Shown: positions 49,949 through 60,314 of the stretch, one piece after another
How positions within the stretch are numbered: position 1 is the stretch's first letter
How the letters are laid out: each line of letters begins with the position of its first letter
Assembly (NCBI GenBank): GCA_041661765.1
Contig: JBAZTV010000003.1
Span: forward strand, 1,064 to 65,063
DNA length: 64,000 bases
Direction of reading: 5' to 3'
DNA from: Candidatus Shapirobacteria bacterium
Lineage (GTDB): Bacteria; Patescibacteriota; Microgenomatia; UBA12405
Notes under the pieces: generated by a model
Told to the model about the DNA's origin: nothing
Database searches by the model: none
The model's input: only the letters and a program-made list of their open reading frames with translations
Position numbers and translations under genes: made by a program

Positions 49949-51208
49949 ATGTTAAAATCAATTATGAATCAAATTAAACCACAAACATTAAAAGGCTTTC
50001 GTGATTTCCTTCCAAAGGAAATGGCAGTTCGTAATTATGTCAAAAATACTTTAATTGAAATTTTTGAAAAAAATGGCTTTTTACCTCTCGAAACTCCAGC
50101 ACTAGAATATGCCTCTGTTTTAAAAGGTAAATATAGTAATGAAACTGATGATAAATTAGGCTATTTTTTTAAAGACAATGGTGGTCGTGATATTGGTCTT
50201 CGTTACGATTTAACTGTCCCCACTGCCAAAGTTTTAGCTATCTATAATAATGAAATTCAGCTCCCATTTAAGCGATATCAAATACAACCAGTCTGGCGTG
50301 CCGAAAACACTCAACGAGGTCGTTACCGAGAATTTGTCCAATGTGATATAGATATTTTTGGTACCACCTCCGCCATCGCCGACGCCGAAATTATTTCCAT
50401 TATCTATATCGGCACCCAAAAATTAAATTTTAAAAACGCCATTATTAAAATCAACAGCCGGCCAATCCTTTTCGACATTTTGACTAAAAGCAACATCCAA
50501 AATAATCAAAATTCAATACTTCAATCAATCGATAAGTTGGACAAAATTGGTGAAGATGGAGTAAAAAAAGAACTCATTGACAAAGGTCTATCTAATACTC
50601 AAATTGATGACGTTTTTAAATACATCAAACTGGCTCAGCCAGACGACAATTTAAAACAAGTTTTTAACAATTTAAAAGCCTTAAACATCCCCGATAATGC
50701 CTATATTTTTGACCCAACTCTTGTCCGTGGTTGTGATTACTACACTGGCACTATTTTTGAAGTCTGTGTCACTGAGCCAAAAATGGGAGCCATCGGTGGC
50801 GGTGGTCGTTATGATAATTTAGTTTCCACTCTCGGTGGACCTCAAATTCCCGCCGTCGGTTTTGCTTTTGGTTTTGAAAGAGTAGTTGATGTTATTCAAG
50901 AATTAAATCTCCTTCCCCAAATCAATCGATCCAAAATTAAAATTTTAATTGCTAATTTTGGCCCAGAAACTGAAACTAATATTTTAAATTTAATTAGTAA
51001 GCTTCGTGATCAAAATATTCCCTTCATTATTTATCCCGATGCCGACAAGCTTGGCAAACAAATAAAATATGCCGATAATATGAGTATTCCTTATCTCGCT
51101 ATTATCGGTACTGACGAAGCCAAAAATAACCAAATTACTTTAAAAAATCTCACTACAACCGAACAAAAATCGGTTAGTTTTGATGAATTAGTTAATAAAT
51201 TAAAATAA
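49949..51208 (+). CDS. hisS: Histidine--tRNA ligase
   Basis: Class II motifs; RYQIQPVWRAENTQRGRYREF HisRS signature; anticodon-binding C-domain. Confidence 0.85.
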   Translation: MLKSIMNQIKPQTLKGFRDFLPKEMAVRNYVKNTLIEIFEKNGFLPLETPALEYASVLKGKYSNETDDKLGYFFKDNGGRDIGLRYDLTVPTAKVLAIYNNEIQLPFKRYQIQPVWRAENTQRGRYREFVQCDIDIFGTTSAIADAEIISIIYIGTQKLNFKNAIIKINSRPILFDILTKSNIQNNQNSILQSIDKLDKIGEDGVKKELIDKGLSNTQIDDVFKYIKLAQPDDNLKQVFNNLKALNIPDNAYIFDPTLVRGCDYYTGTIFEVCVTEPKMGAIGGGGRYDNLVSTLGGPQIPAVGFAFGFERVVDVIQELNLLPQINRSKIKILIANFGPETETNILNLISKLRDQNIPFIIYPDADKLGKQIKYADNMSIPYLAIIGTDEAKNNQITLKNLTTTEQKSVSFDELVNKLK

Positions 51209-51209
51209 A

Positions 51210-51249
51210 GCCGCCCTGTCAAGGGAGGTGCCCGAAGGGCGGAGGGTTT
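51210..51249 (+). repeat. G-rich element copy R8 (CCGCCCTgtcaAGGGAGGTGCCCgaaGGGCGGAGGGTTT) between hisS and the HAD gene; its GGAGGG tail sits 5 nt before the HAD ATG, so it may act as an RBS
   Basis: Near-identical to R7. Confidence 0.75.
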
Positions 51250-51251
51250 AT

Positions 51252-51845
51252 ATGATAAAAGTAATAATCTTTGACGTCGGTGGAGTTTATCTAAAAGGTA
51301 GTTTTATTGATTTTATAAACAAATCGCGAAAACTGCTTGGCATTGATAAAAAATTTTACACCGACAAAGAAATAATTTTTGATAAAGATTTTAATCGAGG
51401 AAAAATTTCAGCCGAAATTTGTTTTCAAAATTATTTTAGTGTTCCTATTTCTGATTCTCAAATGAAACAAATTATCAAAATCTGGACCACCACTTGGAAA
51501 CCAACTCTCTCAATGAAAAATTTAATTATCAAATTAAAGAAGAATTATCGATTAGCCATTCTTTCAAATTCTGATCCTCTCAATTCACCTAATTATTATA
51601 AAAAAGGTTTGTATCAATATTTTGATCCAATAATTTTATCCCATGAATTGGGAATTTTAAAACCAGATAAGAAAATTTATGAAATTACTATTAAAAAACT
51701 AAAAGTTAAATCAAATGAATGTATTTTTATTGATGATCAAGAAGATAATTTAAAACCAGCCAAAGATATGGGTATGACCACAATTTTATTCAAATCTCCT
51801 CTTCAATTAAAACAAGATTTAAAAAAACTTTTTATTAAACTTTAA
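51252..51845 (+). CDS. HAD-superfamily hydrolase (start at ATG 51252; the ORF-track N-extension is element-derived)
   Basis: Motif I IIFDVGGV; motif IV DD near the C-terminus. Confidence 0.65.
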   Translation: MIKVIIFDVGGVYLKGSFIDFINKSRKLLGIDKKFYTDKEIIFDKDFNRGKISAEICFQNYFSVPISDSQMKQIIKIWTTTWKPTLSMKNLIIKLKKNYRLAILSNSDPLNSPNYYKKGLYQYFDPIILSHELGILKPDKKIYEITIKKLKVKSNECIFIDDQEDNLKPAKDMGMTTILFKSPLQLKQDLKKLFIKL

Positions 51846-51852
51846 AATTAAA

Positions 51853-52092
51853 ATGACAGAAAAATTATCTAACAATATTTGTATTTGTTGTCTTCCGTTA
51901 AATTCTAACCCTCTATTAAAACAATTTATTAATGATGGAAAATTAAAATGTTCTTCAACTGTTTTTTGTGATCAAAGGATTCCTTTTACTTTTGATGAAA
52001 TAAACAACCAAGATATTGATTGTGTTGGTCCAAATAATCCAGATTGTCCCAAAAAACCTCTAGAAAACAAAAGTTATAAAAATTTGTTATAA
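51853..52092 (+). CDS. Small Cys-rich hypothetical protein
   Basis: 79 aa with CICC and multiple Cys pairs. Confidence 0.35.
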   Translation: MTEKLSNNICICCLPLNSNPLLKQFINDGKLKCSSTVFCDQRIPFTFDEINNQDIDCVGPNNPDCPKKPLENKSYKNLL

Positions 52093-52100
52093 TATACCCT

Positions 52101-52358
52101 ATGAAACAAGGAATTCATCCTAAATATTTTGACGATTGCCAAGTTAATTGTGCTTGCGGCAATAAATTTACCACTGGCTCAACTTTAGAAAAAATTGACG
52201 TTGAAGTTTGTTCTAAATGTCATCCATTCTTTACTGGTCAACAAAAATTCGTTGACATCAAAGGAAGAATTGATAAATTTAACGAAAAGGTTAGTCAAGG
52301 TAAAAAATACGCTGCTGCTAAAGCTACTATTAAAAAAGCCGTCAAAAAATCAAACTAG
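52101..52358 (+). CDS. rpmE: 50S ribosomal protein L31
   Basis: MKQGIHPKY...C.C....CSKCHPF signature. Confidence 0.85.
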   Translation: MKQGIHPKYFDDCQVNCACGNKFTTGSTLEKIDVEVCSKCHPFFTGQQKFVDIKGRIDKFNEKVSQGKKYAAAKATIKKAVKKSN

Positions 52359-52425
52359 TTACTTTAAAAACCGTTTAAATTTTATAATTTGACGGTTTTT
52401 ATTTTATTAAAAATTTTAAATATCT

Positions 52426-53154
52426 ATGCCTACAATTAACCCCAACATTGCCATTATGGAATTTCACCCAGGTCCGGGAGGTCAAGAAGCGTCTTTATGG
52501 GCCCAAGATTTAATGAATATGTACATTCGCTACGCCGGAAAAGTTAATTGGAAAGTTAGCCAACTTGATGGTTTTATTATTCAAATTTCCGGTTTTGATG
52601 CTTATAACCAATTAAAATACGAAGCCGGCACTCATCGTGTCCAAAGAATTCCTATTACCGAAAAACGCGGTCGTCTTCAAACATCAACCGCCTCAATTGC
52701 AATTATGCCTAAAATTGATTCCAAAGAAGTTAATTTTAGAATGGAAGATGTCACCATCACCGCTTGTCGTGCCGGTGGTAACGGTGGACAGAATGTTAAT
52801 AAAGTATCTACAGCAGTCCATTTAGTTCACAAACCAACCGGTTTAATGTTTGACGTTAGAACCGAAAGATATCAACAACAAAACAGAGAAATCGCTCTTG
52901 AACTTCTTAAAAATAAACTTTGGCAAATTGAAGAGGAAAAACGTGCCTCTCAAGTTTCGGCTGGCCGAGCAAACATTAGTCAATCAACTAGAGCTGATAA
53001 AATTCGAACATATAATTACCCCAGAAATCAAATAAAAGACCATCGCATCGACAAATCTTTCAACAACTTAGACTCCATTGTGCAGGGCAATTTGGACGAT
53101 TTACTACTCGAACTCACCATCCTCGACCAACCAGAAACCGCCACAAAAGATTAA
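52426..53154 (+). CDS. Class I peptide chain release factor, RF1-type (PIT tripeptide), lacking N-terminal domain 1
   Basis: GGQ motif ([12 protein letters not shown]); [10 protein letters not shown] aligns to the RF1 PxT region; an in-frame upstream stop (TAA 52417-52419) precludes extension. Confidence 0.7.
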   Translation: MPTINPNIAIMEFHPGPGGQEASLWAQDLMNMYIRYAGKVNWKVSQLDGFIIQISGFDAYNQLKYEAGTHRVQRIPITEKRGRLQTSTASIAIMPKIDSKEVNFRMEDVTITACRAGGNGGQNVNKVSTAVHLVHKPTGLMFDVRTERYQQQNREIALELLKNKLWQIEEEKRASQVSAGRANISQSTRADKIRTYNYPRNQIKDHRIDKSFNNLDSIVQGNLDDLLLELTILDQPETATKD

Positions 53155-53899
53155 ACCTCATTCTTTCAAAATTAGTAATCTCTTGATCCTCAATTACCAC
53201 TCCAGTAAATCTTCCTTTTTTAAAAGATATAAACGCTACTTTATTATCCCAAAGCATATAATCAGTATCTGTACTATTTTCTCTTGGTATTGAAATTATT
53301 GTATTTAGTTTTGTTGAATATTTCTTTATATATTCTAAATCCCATTTAGAATCAGTTACAATTTCATTCGTTTCTATTCCCTTTTGAATTAATCTTTTTT
53401 CATAATTATCAATAAATTTTTCAAATTCAGAGTTAATAATTTGAGTCAAACAAAAAACCAAAATCTGCTTTGCTTCTAATGTTTCATTATAAATTTGTTT
53501 AATTGATTCCAAACCCTCATAAAATCTAACCTTAGAATTCAAATCAACAGTAGAATATAGTTTAATTTGAGGTAAAAATTCTTTGGCCAAATTAAACGCA
53601 TTTTCCGACTTTTCTTTTTCCTCTTTCAATAGATCAATTAATTTATCTGGATTTTGAGCCACTAAACTCCTTTTTTTTCCAAAGGGTGTCTCCATTACTA
53701 AACCCAAAAATTTTAGTCTTTCTAAAATTAGATAACAAGTACTTCTTGCCACCCCTATATTTTTCGAGATCTGATTAATAGTTGTCTTCCCATTAACCAA
53801 ACAATTTAAGTAAAAATCAGCCGATTTATCGTCTAATTTTAAATATTGAAAAACTGTTTTCAGTTCACTTTTAATCTTATCTTTTTCTATCATGACCAA
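53114..53899 (-). CDS. TrmB-like transcriptional regulator (N-terminal winged HTH)
   Basis: wHTH segment [22 protein letters not shown]; about 260 aa. Confidence 0.45.
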   Translation of the reverse strand: MVMIEKDKIKSELKTVFQYLKLDDKSADFYLNCLVNGKTTINQISKNIGVARSTCYLILERLKFLGLVMETPFGKKRSLVAQNPDKLIDLLKEEKEKSENAFNLAKEFLPQIKLYSTVDLNSKVRFYEGLESIKQIYNETLEAKQILVFCLTQIINSEFEKFIDNYEKRLIQKGIETNEIVTDSKWDLEYIKKYSTKLNTIISIPRENSTDTDYMLWDNKVAFISFKKGRFTGVVIEDQEITNFERMRFNLLWRFLVGRGW

Positions 53900-53996
53900 A
53901 TTATAACATAAATGTCGACGTTTATGACGATTTTTGTAGTTCCATTTATTTATAGATAAAATAGCCCATTATTTAATTTAATAACAAAAAAATAAT

Positions 53997-54773
53997 ATGA
54001 TAGAAATACAAAATTCAGATAGAAATGTCGCTTTTGCCGCGTACAAAATCGCTTTAAAAGAAGAAAGTCCACATGAAATTAATGGACAAAAATATCTAGC
54101 TAAACCACTAGAGTCAAGTGTTTTTATAAAAAAAATAAATAATTTATTATCAAATCCATCTGATCCATACACTACAATAGAAGAAAGTTTAAAATTCACT
54201 GCCAACAACTCAGAAACTTTTTGTGGCCTTAGCCCTGAAAATTATTACAAAAATAAAGAAGAACAAGAATCCATCATCAATGGAGCTGTCAGCGAATTAA
54301 CACAAATGATGGCTGTTTTAATTGAAAATGATTATAAAAATATAGTTATTCCACAACAATTAAAGAAAATATTTAGTGAAATTAAAAAGCCCACAGCAGA
54401 AAACATTATCAAAGGCACCAGAAGAGGTATGAAAACCGCTGAAAAATGTCACGCTTGTGAACAAGTCGACCCTATGGTTGGAGCCATGGTTCACACCGCT
54501 TCAGGAATATTAACAAAAATTATTAAAACAGGTTCAAATTTTATTAATTCAAATCCTGACTTAGCCAATCTTTGGAAAGATACATATTTTGAAGGAAGTA
54601 TCTCTGAATTAAGCAGTCCAAAAACAACTGGTATTGTTGATGTCTTGATAGTAATAACTGAAAGAAATAAAGAAAAATTTCCCAATATGGATAAGTTTTT
54701 TAGTTCCAATCTTAAATTAGAAGGATTTGAAGGAACTTATTACGACATGGTCAACATACCCGAATATCAATAA
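53997..54773 (+). CDS. Hypothetical protein
   Basis: 258-aa ORF. Confidence 0.4.
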   Translation: MIEIQNSDRNVAFAAYKIALKEESPHEINGQKYLAKPLESSVFIKKINNLLSNPSDPYTTIEESLKFTANNSETFCGLSPENYYKNKEEQESIINGAVSELTQMMAVLIENDYKNIVIPQQLKKIFSEIKKPTAENIIKGTRRGMKTAEKCHACEQVDPMVGAMVHTASGILTKIIKTGSNFINSNPDLANLWKDTYFEGSISELSSPKTTGIVDVLIVITERNKEKFPNMDKFFSSNLKLEGFEGTYYDMVNIPEYQ

Positions 54774-54775
54774 AC

Positions 54776-55495
54776 ATGATTATTGATAAAAATAACTCCG
54801 AGAGAAAAAAATTAGTTGATTTAATTCAACCTGAAAATAAAATTATTTTAGAAATTGGTTGTGGTGACGGCACAATCGCTAAATATATTTCCCCTCTTTG
54901 TCAAAAATATATTGGTATTGATGTCAATAAAAATATTATAGCTAAAGCCAAAAAAAATAACAAAAATAAAAATCTAATTTTTAATCAAACTTCTAGTAAA
55001 AACATTAAATTCCCAAACAATTCATTTGATACCGTCTTAATGCATTTATGCTTTCATGAGATCGCTGTTCAAAAACAAGGTTTAGTACTACAAGAAATTA
55101 ATCGAGTTCTTAAAAAAGGTGGCCAATTACTAATAGTTGACCCAACTGAACCACCAGATCAGGTTCAACAAATATTCAATGTTGCTTATAAAAACTTTCA
55201 ATATTTTGATCATTCAACTGTTGTAAAACATTCCATGTGGTCAATTAAAGAATCTATTTTCAATAAATTATTCAAAATAAATAAATTATCAAGTTATAAA
55301 GTTGACTGGAAATTTAATGATTTTAAAGAATTAATCGATTTCGTTATTAGTTGTTCCAAAGAAATTGTTTGGGATAAAAATAAAAAACAATTTTTAGAAA
55401 AAGAATTAATTAAAATTGCCAAACCAAAAAATAAAACCAATGCCATTATTATTTACGACAGTTTAACCATTAATAATTTAATAAATTTAAAATAA
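54776..55495 (+). CDS. Class I SAM-dependent methyltransferase
   Basis: Motif I ILEIGCGDG; motif post-I/II. Confidence 0.7.
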   Translation: MIIDKNNSERKKLVDLIQPENKIILEIGCGDGTIAKYISPLCQKYIGIDVNKNIIAKAKKNNKNKNLIFNQTSSKNIKFPNNSFDTVLMHLCFHEIAVQKQGLVLQEINRVLKKGGQLLIVDPTEPPDQVQQIFNVAYKNFQYFDHSTVVKHSMWSIKESIFNKLFKINKLSSYKVDWKFNDFKELIDFVISCSKEIVWDKNKKQFLEKELIKIAKPKNKTNAIIIYDSLTINNLINLK

Positions 55496-56095
55496 ATGCC
55501 AGCCATAATTAATTTTAAAATCTGTGATAATTCTGATGAATGTGGCGGTTTAACTGTTTGCCCAACTAAAGCCATAACTTGGGATAATATTAAAAAAACT
55601 CTTATTATCGATGAAAACAAATGTACTAATTGCGGTTTATGTGTCAAGGCTTGTCCTATTGGTGCTATTAAAGTCGCTGCCGATGTTGATTTTGAATTTA
55701 TTAAACAAAAATTTAAAAATGATACTCGAAAAACTTCAGATCTTTTTATTGATCGTTACGGTGCCCAATCCACTAATAAGACTTCTTTAATTTCTTATGC
55801 TTATTTTCAATCAATAATTAATAAAAAAAATCCAATGGCTTTTGAAGTTTTTAATTCAACTTCTACGATGTGTTTAATTAATTCTATTCCCATCCGTGAA
55901 TTATTCAAAAAAAACATTTTATATAATCGAATCGATACTAAAACTGATAAAACTTTAATTAACGGATATAAAATTAAAGAGCTACCATGTCTATTATTTT
56001 TCGAAAATAGCCAATTTAAAGATAAAATTGAAGGCTATTTTAACACTACCCAAAAAGAAATTTTATTGGAAAAAATAAAAAAAATTGGTTTTTAA
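55496..56095 (+). CDS. 4Fe-4S ferredoxin-domain protein with a C-terminal thioredoxin-like region
   Basis: CTNCGLCVKACP cluster motif plus a second Cys group. Confidence 0.45.
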   Translation: MPAIINFKICDNSDECGGLTVCPTKAITWDNIKKTLIIDENKCTNCGLCVKACPIGAIKVAADVDFEFIKQKFKNDTRKTSDLFIDRYGAQSTNKTSLISYAYFQSIINKKNPMAFEVFNSTSTMCLINSIPIRELFKKNILYNRIDTKTDKTLINGYKIKELPCLLFFENSQFKDKIEGYFNTTQKEILLEKIKKIGF

Positions 56096-57129
56096 CTCTC
56101 CTTTTTCTCCAAAGTCACATTTATTTTTTGTTCAGATTTGTCCCGCCAAACCATCACCTCAATCACCTGCCCGATCTTTTTCTTATTAATTACCTTAACC
56201 AAATCCCCACTGTCACTGTTCACTAATTTTTCTCCATCAATCGCCGTAATAATATCCCCAATTTTAATTCCGGCTTTACTGGCCGGGCTATTATCAGAAA
56301 TTTGTTGCACCCACGCCCCCGTCACCACTTTATTTTTCACTGCCTCCTCTTGAGTCACCATTTTATATCCCACCCCCAAATATGGCCGATCAAATTCTCC
56401 TGTTTGTTTAAAATAATTCAACGATTCTTTAATTAAATTTATCGGCAGAGCAAAACCAATATTTTGGCCATTAGCCGACACTGCCACATTAACCCCAATT
56501 ACTTGACCGCCGGAATTAAATAATGGGCCACCGGAATTTCCCGGATTAATGGCCGCGTCAGTTTGAATCACATTATCCAATTTTTCCGTATTTTCAGCTG
56601 ATCCAGCCACAATTCCTCTTCCTAGTCCAGAAACCACTCCCGTCGTCACTGTCGATCTAAATTCTCCCAAAGCTGTTCCAATCGCAATTACTGATTGTCC
56701 TACCTTCAACTTATCTGAATCACCCAAATTAACTGCACTTAAACCAGTTTTTTTCACCCTAAGAATGGCCAAATCATTCAATGGATCTCTGTAAATATTT
56801 TCAACCTCCACCACTTCATCCTTACCAATTATCACTTTATATTTAAGCGTCATGTCCACCACCACATGTTTATTAGTCACAATTAAACCATCACTACTAA
56901 CAATAAAACCACTACCCACATCTTGATTACCACCATCAGTCTTTTCCATCGAAATCGTTACCACACTTGGAGTTGCATCTTCCACCACGGTTGTCACCAC
57001 CGATTCTTCGTCTATAATTTCTTTTTTATTAATTATCTCTGTTTTACCATCAAATTTATTAATTAAATTGAAACTCGAAAGCATCACCACTATCCCCAGA
57101 ATTAATCCCACCAATATCCCTTTTTTCAT
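56092..57129 (-). CDS. HtrA/DegP-family serine protease with PDZ domain
   Basis: GNSGGPLFN catalytic Ser motif; His/Asp upstream; C-terminal PDZ. Confidence 0.85.
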   Translation of the reverse strand: MKKGILVGLILGIVVMLSSFNLINKFDGKTEIINKKEIIDEESVVTTVVEDATPSVVTISMEKTDGGNQDVGSGFIVSSDGLIVTNKHVVVDMTLKYKVIIGKDEVVEVENIYRDPLNDLAILRVKKTGLSAVNLGDSDKLKVGQSVIAIGTALGEFRSTVTTGVVSGLGRGIVAGSAENTEKLDNVIQTDAAINPGNSGGPLFNSGGQVIGVNVAVSANGQNIGFALPINLIKESLNYFKQTGEFDRPYLGVGYKMVTQEEAVKNKVVTGAWVQQISDNSPASKAGIKIGDIITAIDGEKLVNSDSGDLVKVINKKKIGQVIEVMVWRDKSEQKINVTLEKKES

Positions 57130-57133
57130 AAAA

Positions 57134-58342
57134 TTATTTTAAGAGTATTTCAATTGCCTTCTCTAATTGTGTATCAGTTTTAGCATCATCAGCAATCTTT
57201 ACCTCCACATCCGGCATTATTCCTTCCTTGTGAATATTTTTTCCGCTTGGCAATAACCATTTGGCAATTGTCACATGTAAACCACTACCATCAGAAAAAT
57301 CTTCCGGCTGTTGCACTGTTCCTTTACCAAAACTTTTTAATCCCACCAATTTTGCTCTATTATAATCTTTAAGTGCTCCAGCTAAAATTTCCGATGCCGA
57401 AGCCGATCCCCCATTTATTAATACCACCAATTTATCGTCCAATAAATTTCCTCTACCTGCTTCAACATTATATTTCTCCTCACTACCATCATAAGATTTT
57501 TGTGTCACAATCGTGCCCTCTTTTATAAAATCAGAAGCCACTAAAACACTAGCCTGTAAATATCCACCTGGATTATTTCTCAAATCCAACACAATTCCGC
57601 CAAAATTTCCTTTAGCTTTTTCTGCATTAATTTCTTCTACTTTTTTAAGCCAATCAGTAAATAATGTCTCAGTAAATTGATTTATTCGCACCCAAGCCAC
57701 TTTCTTTCCATCTTGTTCTTTCCACTCCAAAGTTATATTTGGTACCACAATTTTATCTCTTTTTAAAACCACGTCAAAATAATCGCTTTTACCCTCTCTA
57801 TACATTTTTAAAGTCACTTCAGTTCCAATTTTTCCTCTAATCAAACTCACCGCATCATCTAAGGCAATATCTGTTGTATCTTTATCGACATTATTCACTT
57901 TGTCGGTTATATGTAAAATTAAATCACCAGCCTTTACCCCCGCTTTCTCTGCTGGAGTACCTACCAATGGTGACATCACTGCCAATGTTTTATCTTTATA
58001 TCCTAAAGAAATCCCCACCCCACCAAACTCTCCAGCTAATGTCTCATTTGTACTTTTATTTTCATCAGGAGTCAAAAATACCGTATATGGATCATCTAAT
58101 GCTGCCACCATTCCCTTAACCGCCCCATATTCCATATTTTTATCCACCAACTTATCTTTTTCCAAAAACGTTTGATTTAATTGATTTTTAACCTTCCACA
58201 TTAAAGTCAAATTCAAGTTATCACCAACACCACTAGTCACCACACCAGCCGTTTCCCTTCCAATTTTGAAGCTAACTAAAGAAACAACCGATAATAACGC
58301 TAAAATTATAAAAAGATTTCTTATATTTCTAAATTTCATCAT
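57134..58342 (-). CDS. C-terminal processing (S41, tail-specific) peptidase
   Basis: PDZ plus GKSFGKGTVQ and S41 catalytic region. Confidence 0.8.
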   Translation of the reverse strand: MMKFRNIRNLFIILALLSVVSLVSFKIGRETAGVVTSGVGDNLNLTLMWKVKNQLNQTFLEKDKLVDKNMEYGAVKGMVAALDDPYTVFLTPDENKSTNETLAGEFGGVGISLGYKDKTLAVMSPLVGTPAEKAGVKAGDLILHITDKVNNVDKDTTDIALDDAVSLIRGKIGTEVTLKMYREGKSDYFDVVLKRDKIVVPNITLEWKEQDGKKVAWVRINQFTETLFTDWLKKVEEINAEKAKGNFGGIVLDLRNNPGGYLQASVLVASDFIKEGTIVTQKSYDGSEEKYNVEAGRGNLLDDKLVVLINGGSASASEILAGALKDYNRAKLVGLKSFGKGTVQQPEDFSDGSGLHVTIAKWLLPSGKNIHKEGIMPDVEVKIADDAKTDTQLEKAIEILLK

Positions 58343-59089
58343 CTATTCTAACACTAATAATAGTCTATCCATCTTAGCATTTACTAAGATCTTCTTTTTC
58401 TTTCCCAAATTTTCTTTCATAAATTCATTCCAAATTTGTTCTTCTAATCTCAATACTGGAACATCCATATCAACTTCTTTAACCTCATCATTATTCTTTA
58501 CCACCACAGCCTTAACTCCAACCACCTGGGCTTTCAATAAAAACGCTCTATTTAAATTAGTAGTAAATAAAATATTATCATCCATTTCGTAATCTAAAAA
58601 TTTTACCTCATCAATAATCTTAACTTCACCTTCTCCCCAAGCTTTCAATCCATTTAACCCTTGACCCTCATACTCTTTAGCTTTAAATTCTAAAACTAAC
58701 TTTCCATCTTCTATTTTTCCAACTCTAGCCTCAATTGGCGAAAAAATTTCTCTTTCTTCATCTTCAACTTTTTCTATTTTTAAATTTTTAAATTCATCAA
58801 AACCCAAACAAACACCCGTCAATGGAAAACAAATTTTATTTTTAAAAAATCCTATTTCATAAAAAATTTCCCCCTCTTGAACCATTTTTTCTTTAAAAAA
58901 GTTGTCCAATTCTCCTCTCTTTCTTTCACTCATTTTCGCCAAATCTCCACTGTAACTAAAAGTCTCTACCACATGACTATTAAAAATAGCCAATTTTTGA
59001 CCCACATCAACTTTATCCCCAACCTCAACTAAAAGCTTTGCCTTAGCCGGCAATTTAATAACCCATGTCCCTTTATCTTTAATGCTCAT
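58343..59089 (-). CDS. Hypothetical protein (N-terminal biotinyl/lipoyl-like hybrid barrel segment)
   Basis: 248-aa ORF. Confidence 0.35.
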   Translation of the reverse strand: MSIKDKGTWVIKLPAKAKLLVEVGDKVDVGQKLAIFNSHVVETFSYSGDLAKMSERKRGELDNFFKEKMVQEGEIFYEIGFFKNKICFPLTGVCLGFDEFKNLKIEKVEDEEREIFSPIEARVGKIEDGKLVLEFKAKEYEGQGLNGLKAWGEGEVKIIDEVKFLDYEMDDNILFTTNLNRAFLLKAQVVGVKAVVVKNNDEVKEVDMDVPVLRLEEQIWNEFMKENLGKKKKILVNAKMDRLLLVLE

Positions 59090-59100
59090 TATTTAATTAT

Positions 59101-59129
59101 AACCAAAAAACCCCGCCAATGCGGGGTTT
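59101..59129 (-). terminator. Terminator hairpin AAACCCCGC-caat-GCGGGGTTT (same stem as the pilA terminator at 7324..7349)
   Basis: 9-bp GC stem; T-run on the minus strand. Confidence 0.6.
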
Positions 59130-59140
59130 AAAATTTCTCT

Positions 59141-59170
59141 CAAAAAACAAGTCCCTCTTGTCAAAGAGGG
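59141..59170 (-). terminator. Terminator hairpin CCCTCTT-gtca-AAGAGGG plus T-run, downstream of rpsR
   Basis: 7-bp stem followed by TTTTTT on the minus strand. Confidence 0.6.
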
Positions 59171-59183
59171 ATTTAGGGAGATT

Positions 59184-59435
59184 TTATTGAGTTGTAAAAG
59201 GCAATAAAGCCAAATGCCTTGCTTGTTTAATAGCCTTCATTAATTTTCTTTGATGTTTGGCACAAGTTCCACTAAATTGAGATCCCACAATTCTCGATCT
59301 AGCCGACAAAAATTCTCTCATTTTTTCATAATCTTGCCAAGTCGGAACACTGTTAATTTTACAAAAAGAACAACCTTTCTCTCGCCCTCTTCTTTTTGCT
59401 GCTAATATATTATCTTTTTTACTTTTCTTTATCAT
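59184..59435 (-). CDS. rpsR: 30S ribosomal protein S18
   Basis: CxFC...RxxxG...RRQL-like S18 core. Confidence 0.85.
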   Translation of the reverse strand: MIKKSKKDNILAAKRRGREKGCSFCKINSVPTWQDYEKMREFLSARSRIVGSQFSGTCAKHQRKLMKAIKQARHLALLPFTTQ

Positions 59436-59444
59436 ATCTTCTCC

Positions 59445-59972
59445 TTAAAAAGGCATTTCATCACCTTTCTTTTCTTCAGTAATCAAAATTTCTCCTTCCT
59501 TTTTATTATCATCCACGATTGGAATTTCTCCCAAATCATCCGGAATAACAATATCTTCAATTGGAGACCCTTGGCTTCCAACTGATAAATCTGTACCACC
59601 AAAGTCACCAGAAACATCATGGTCACCAGTATTACCCTTATTATCAAGAATGATCATATCATCAATAATAATTTCAGCAATTTGTTTTTTATTATTCTCT
59701 TGATCAACAAAATCTCTATATTGAATTCTTCCATCAACATAAACTCTTCGACCTTTAGACAAAAGTTGTGAACAAAGCTCAGCCAACTTATTCCAAGCTA
59801 CAATTCGATGAAATTGAGCATCTTCTTTTCGCTCACCCTGCTTAGTTACCCAAACTCTATTGGTAGCTAAACCAAAAGAAACCACCGCCATACCAGCTGG
59901 TGTATATCTTAACTCTGGATCACGAGTTAAATTTCCTATTAACATTACTCTATTGAGACATCTACTTGGCAT
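59445..59972 (-). CDS. ssb: Single-stranded DNA-binding protein
   Basis: OB-fold N-domain (NRVMLIGNLTRDPELRYT); acidic C-terminal tail ending MPF. Confidence 0.85.
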   Translation of the reverse strand: MPSRCLNRVMLIGNLTRDPELRYTPAGMAVVSFGLATNRVWVTKQGERKEDAQFHRIVAWNKLAELCSQLLSKGRRVYVDGRIQYRDFVDQENNKKQIAEIIIDDMIILDNKGNTGDHDVSGDFGGTDLSVGSQGSPIEDIVIPDDLGEIPIVDDNKKEGEILITEEKKGDEMPF

Positions 59973-59985
59973 AAGTTTTCTCCTA

Positions 59986-60276
59986 TTACTTTTTCAAAAT
60001 TAAATAACGAATAACATTTATTTCTCTGTCTAATAAAAGATTAAACTCTTTTATTTTTAAAGTTTCCTTAGATTCCACATCCAAAACCCAAAAATCACCC
60101 TTATTATGATTTTGAATTTCATAAGCCAAATCTTTAAGACCCATGTGATCTTTGTTTAAGATTTCTGCCTTATTGCTTTCTAACCAAGAATAAGCTTTAG
60201 TTAAAACCTTCTCCTTGTCTTCGGTTTTTGGACTTAAAACCAAAATAATTTGATATTGATATTTATTTCCTTTCAT
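59986..60276 (-). CDS. rpsF: 30S ribosomal protein S6
   Basis: Size and position in the rpsF-ssb-rpsR operon; S6-like sequence. Confidence 0.75.
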   Translation of the reverse strand: MKGNKYQYQIILVLSPKTEDKEKVLTKAYSWLESNKAEILNKDHMGLKDLAYEIQNHNKGDFWVLDVESKETLKIKEFNLLLDREINVIRYLILKK

Positions 60277-60314
60277 GAACTAAATAGATTAACATATTAA
60301 GCGCAATTTGACAA

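Noticed and set aside
52361-52400. Terminator after rpmE (AAAACCGTTTAAATT...TTTGACGGTTTTT)
   Set aside because: The complementary arms are separated by a 17-nt loop and the pairing is imperfect, so this is too weak to call.
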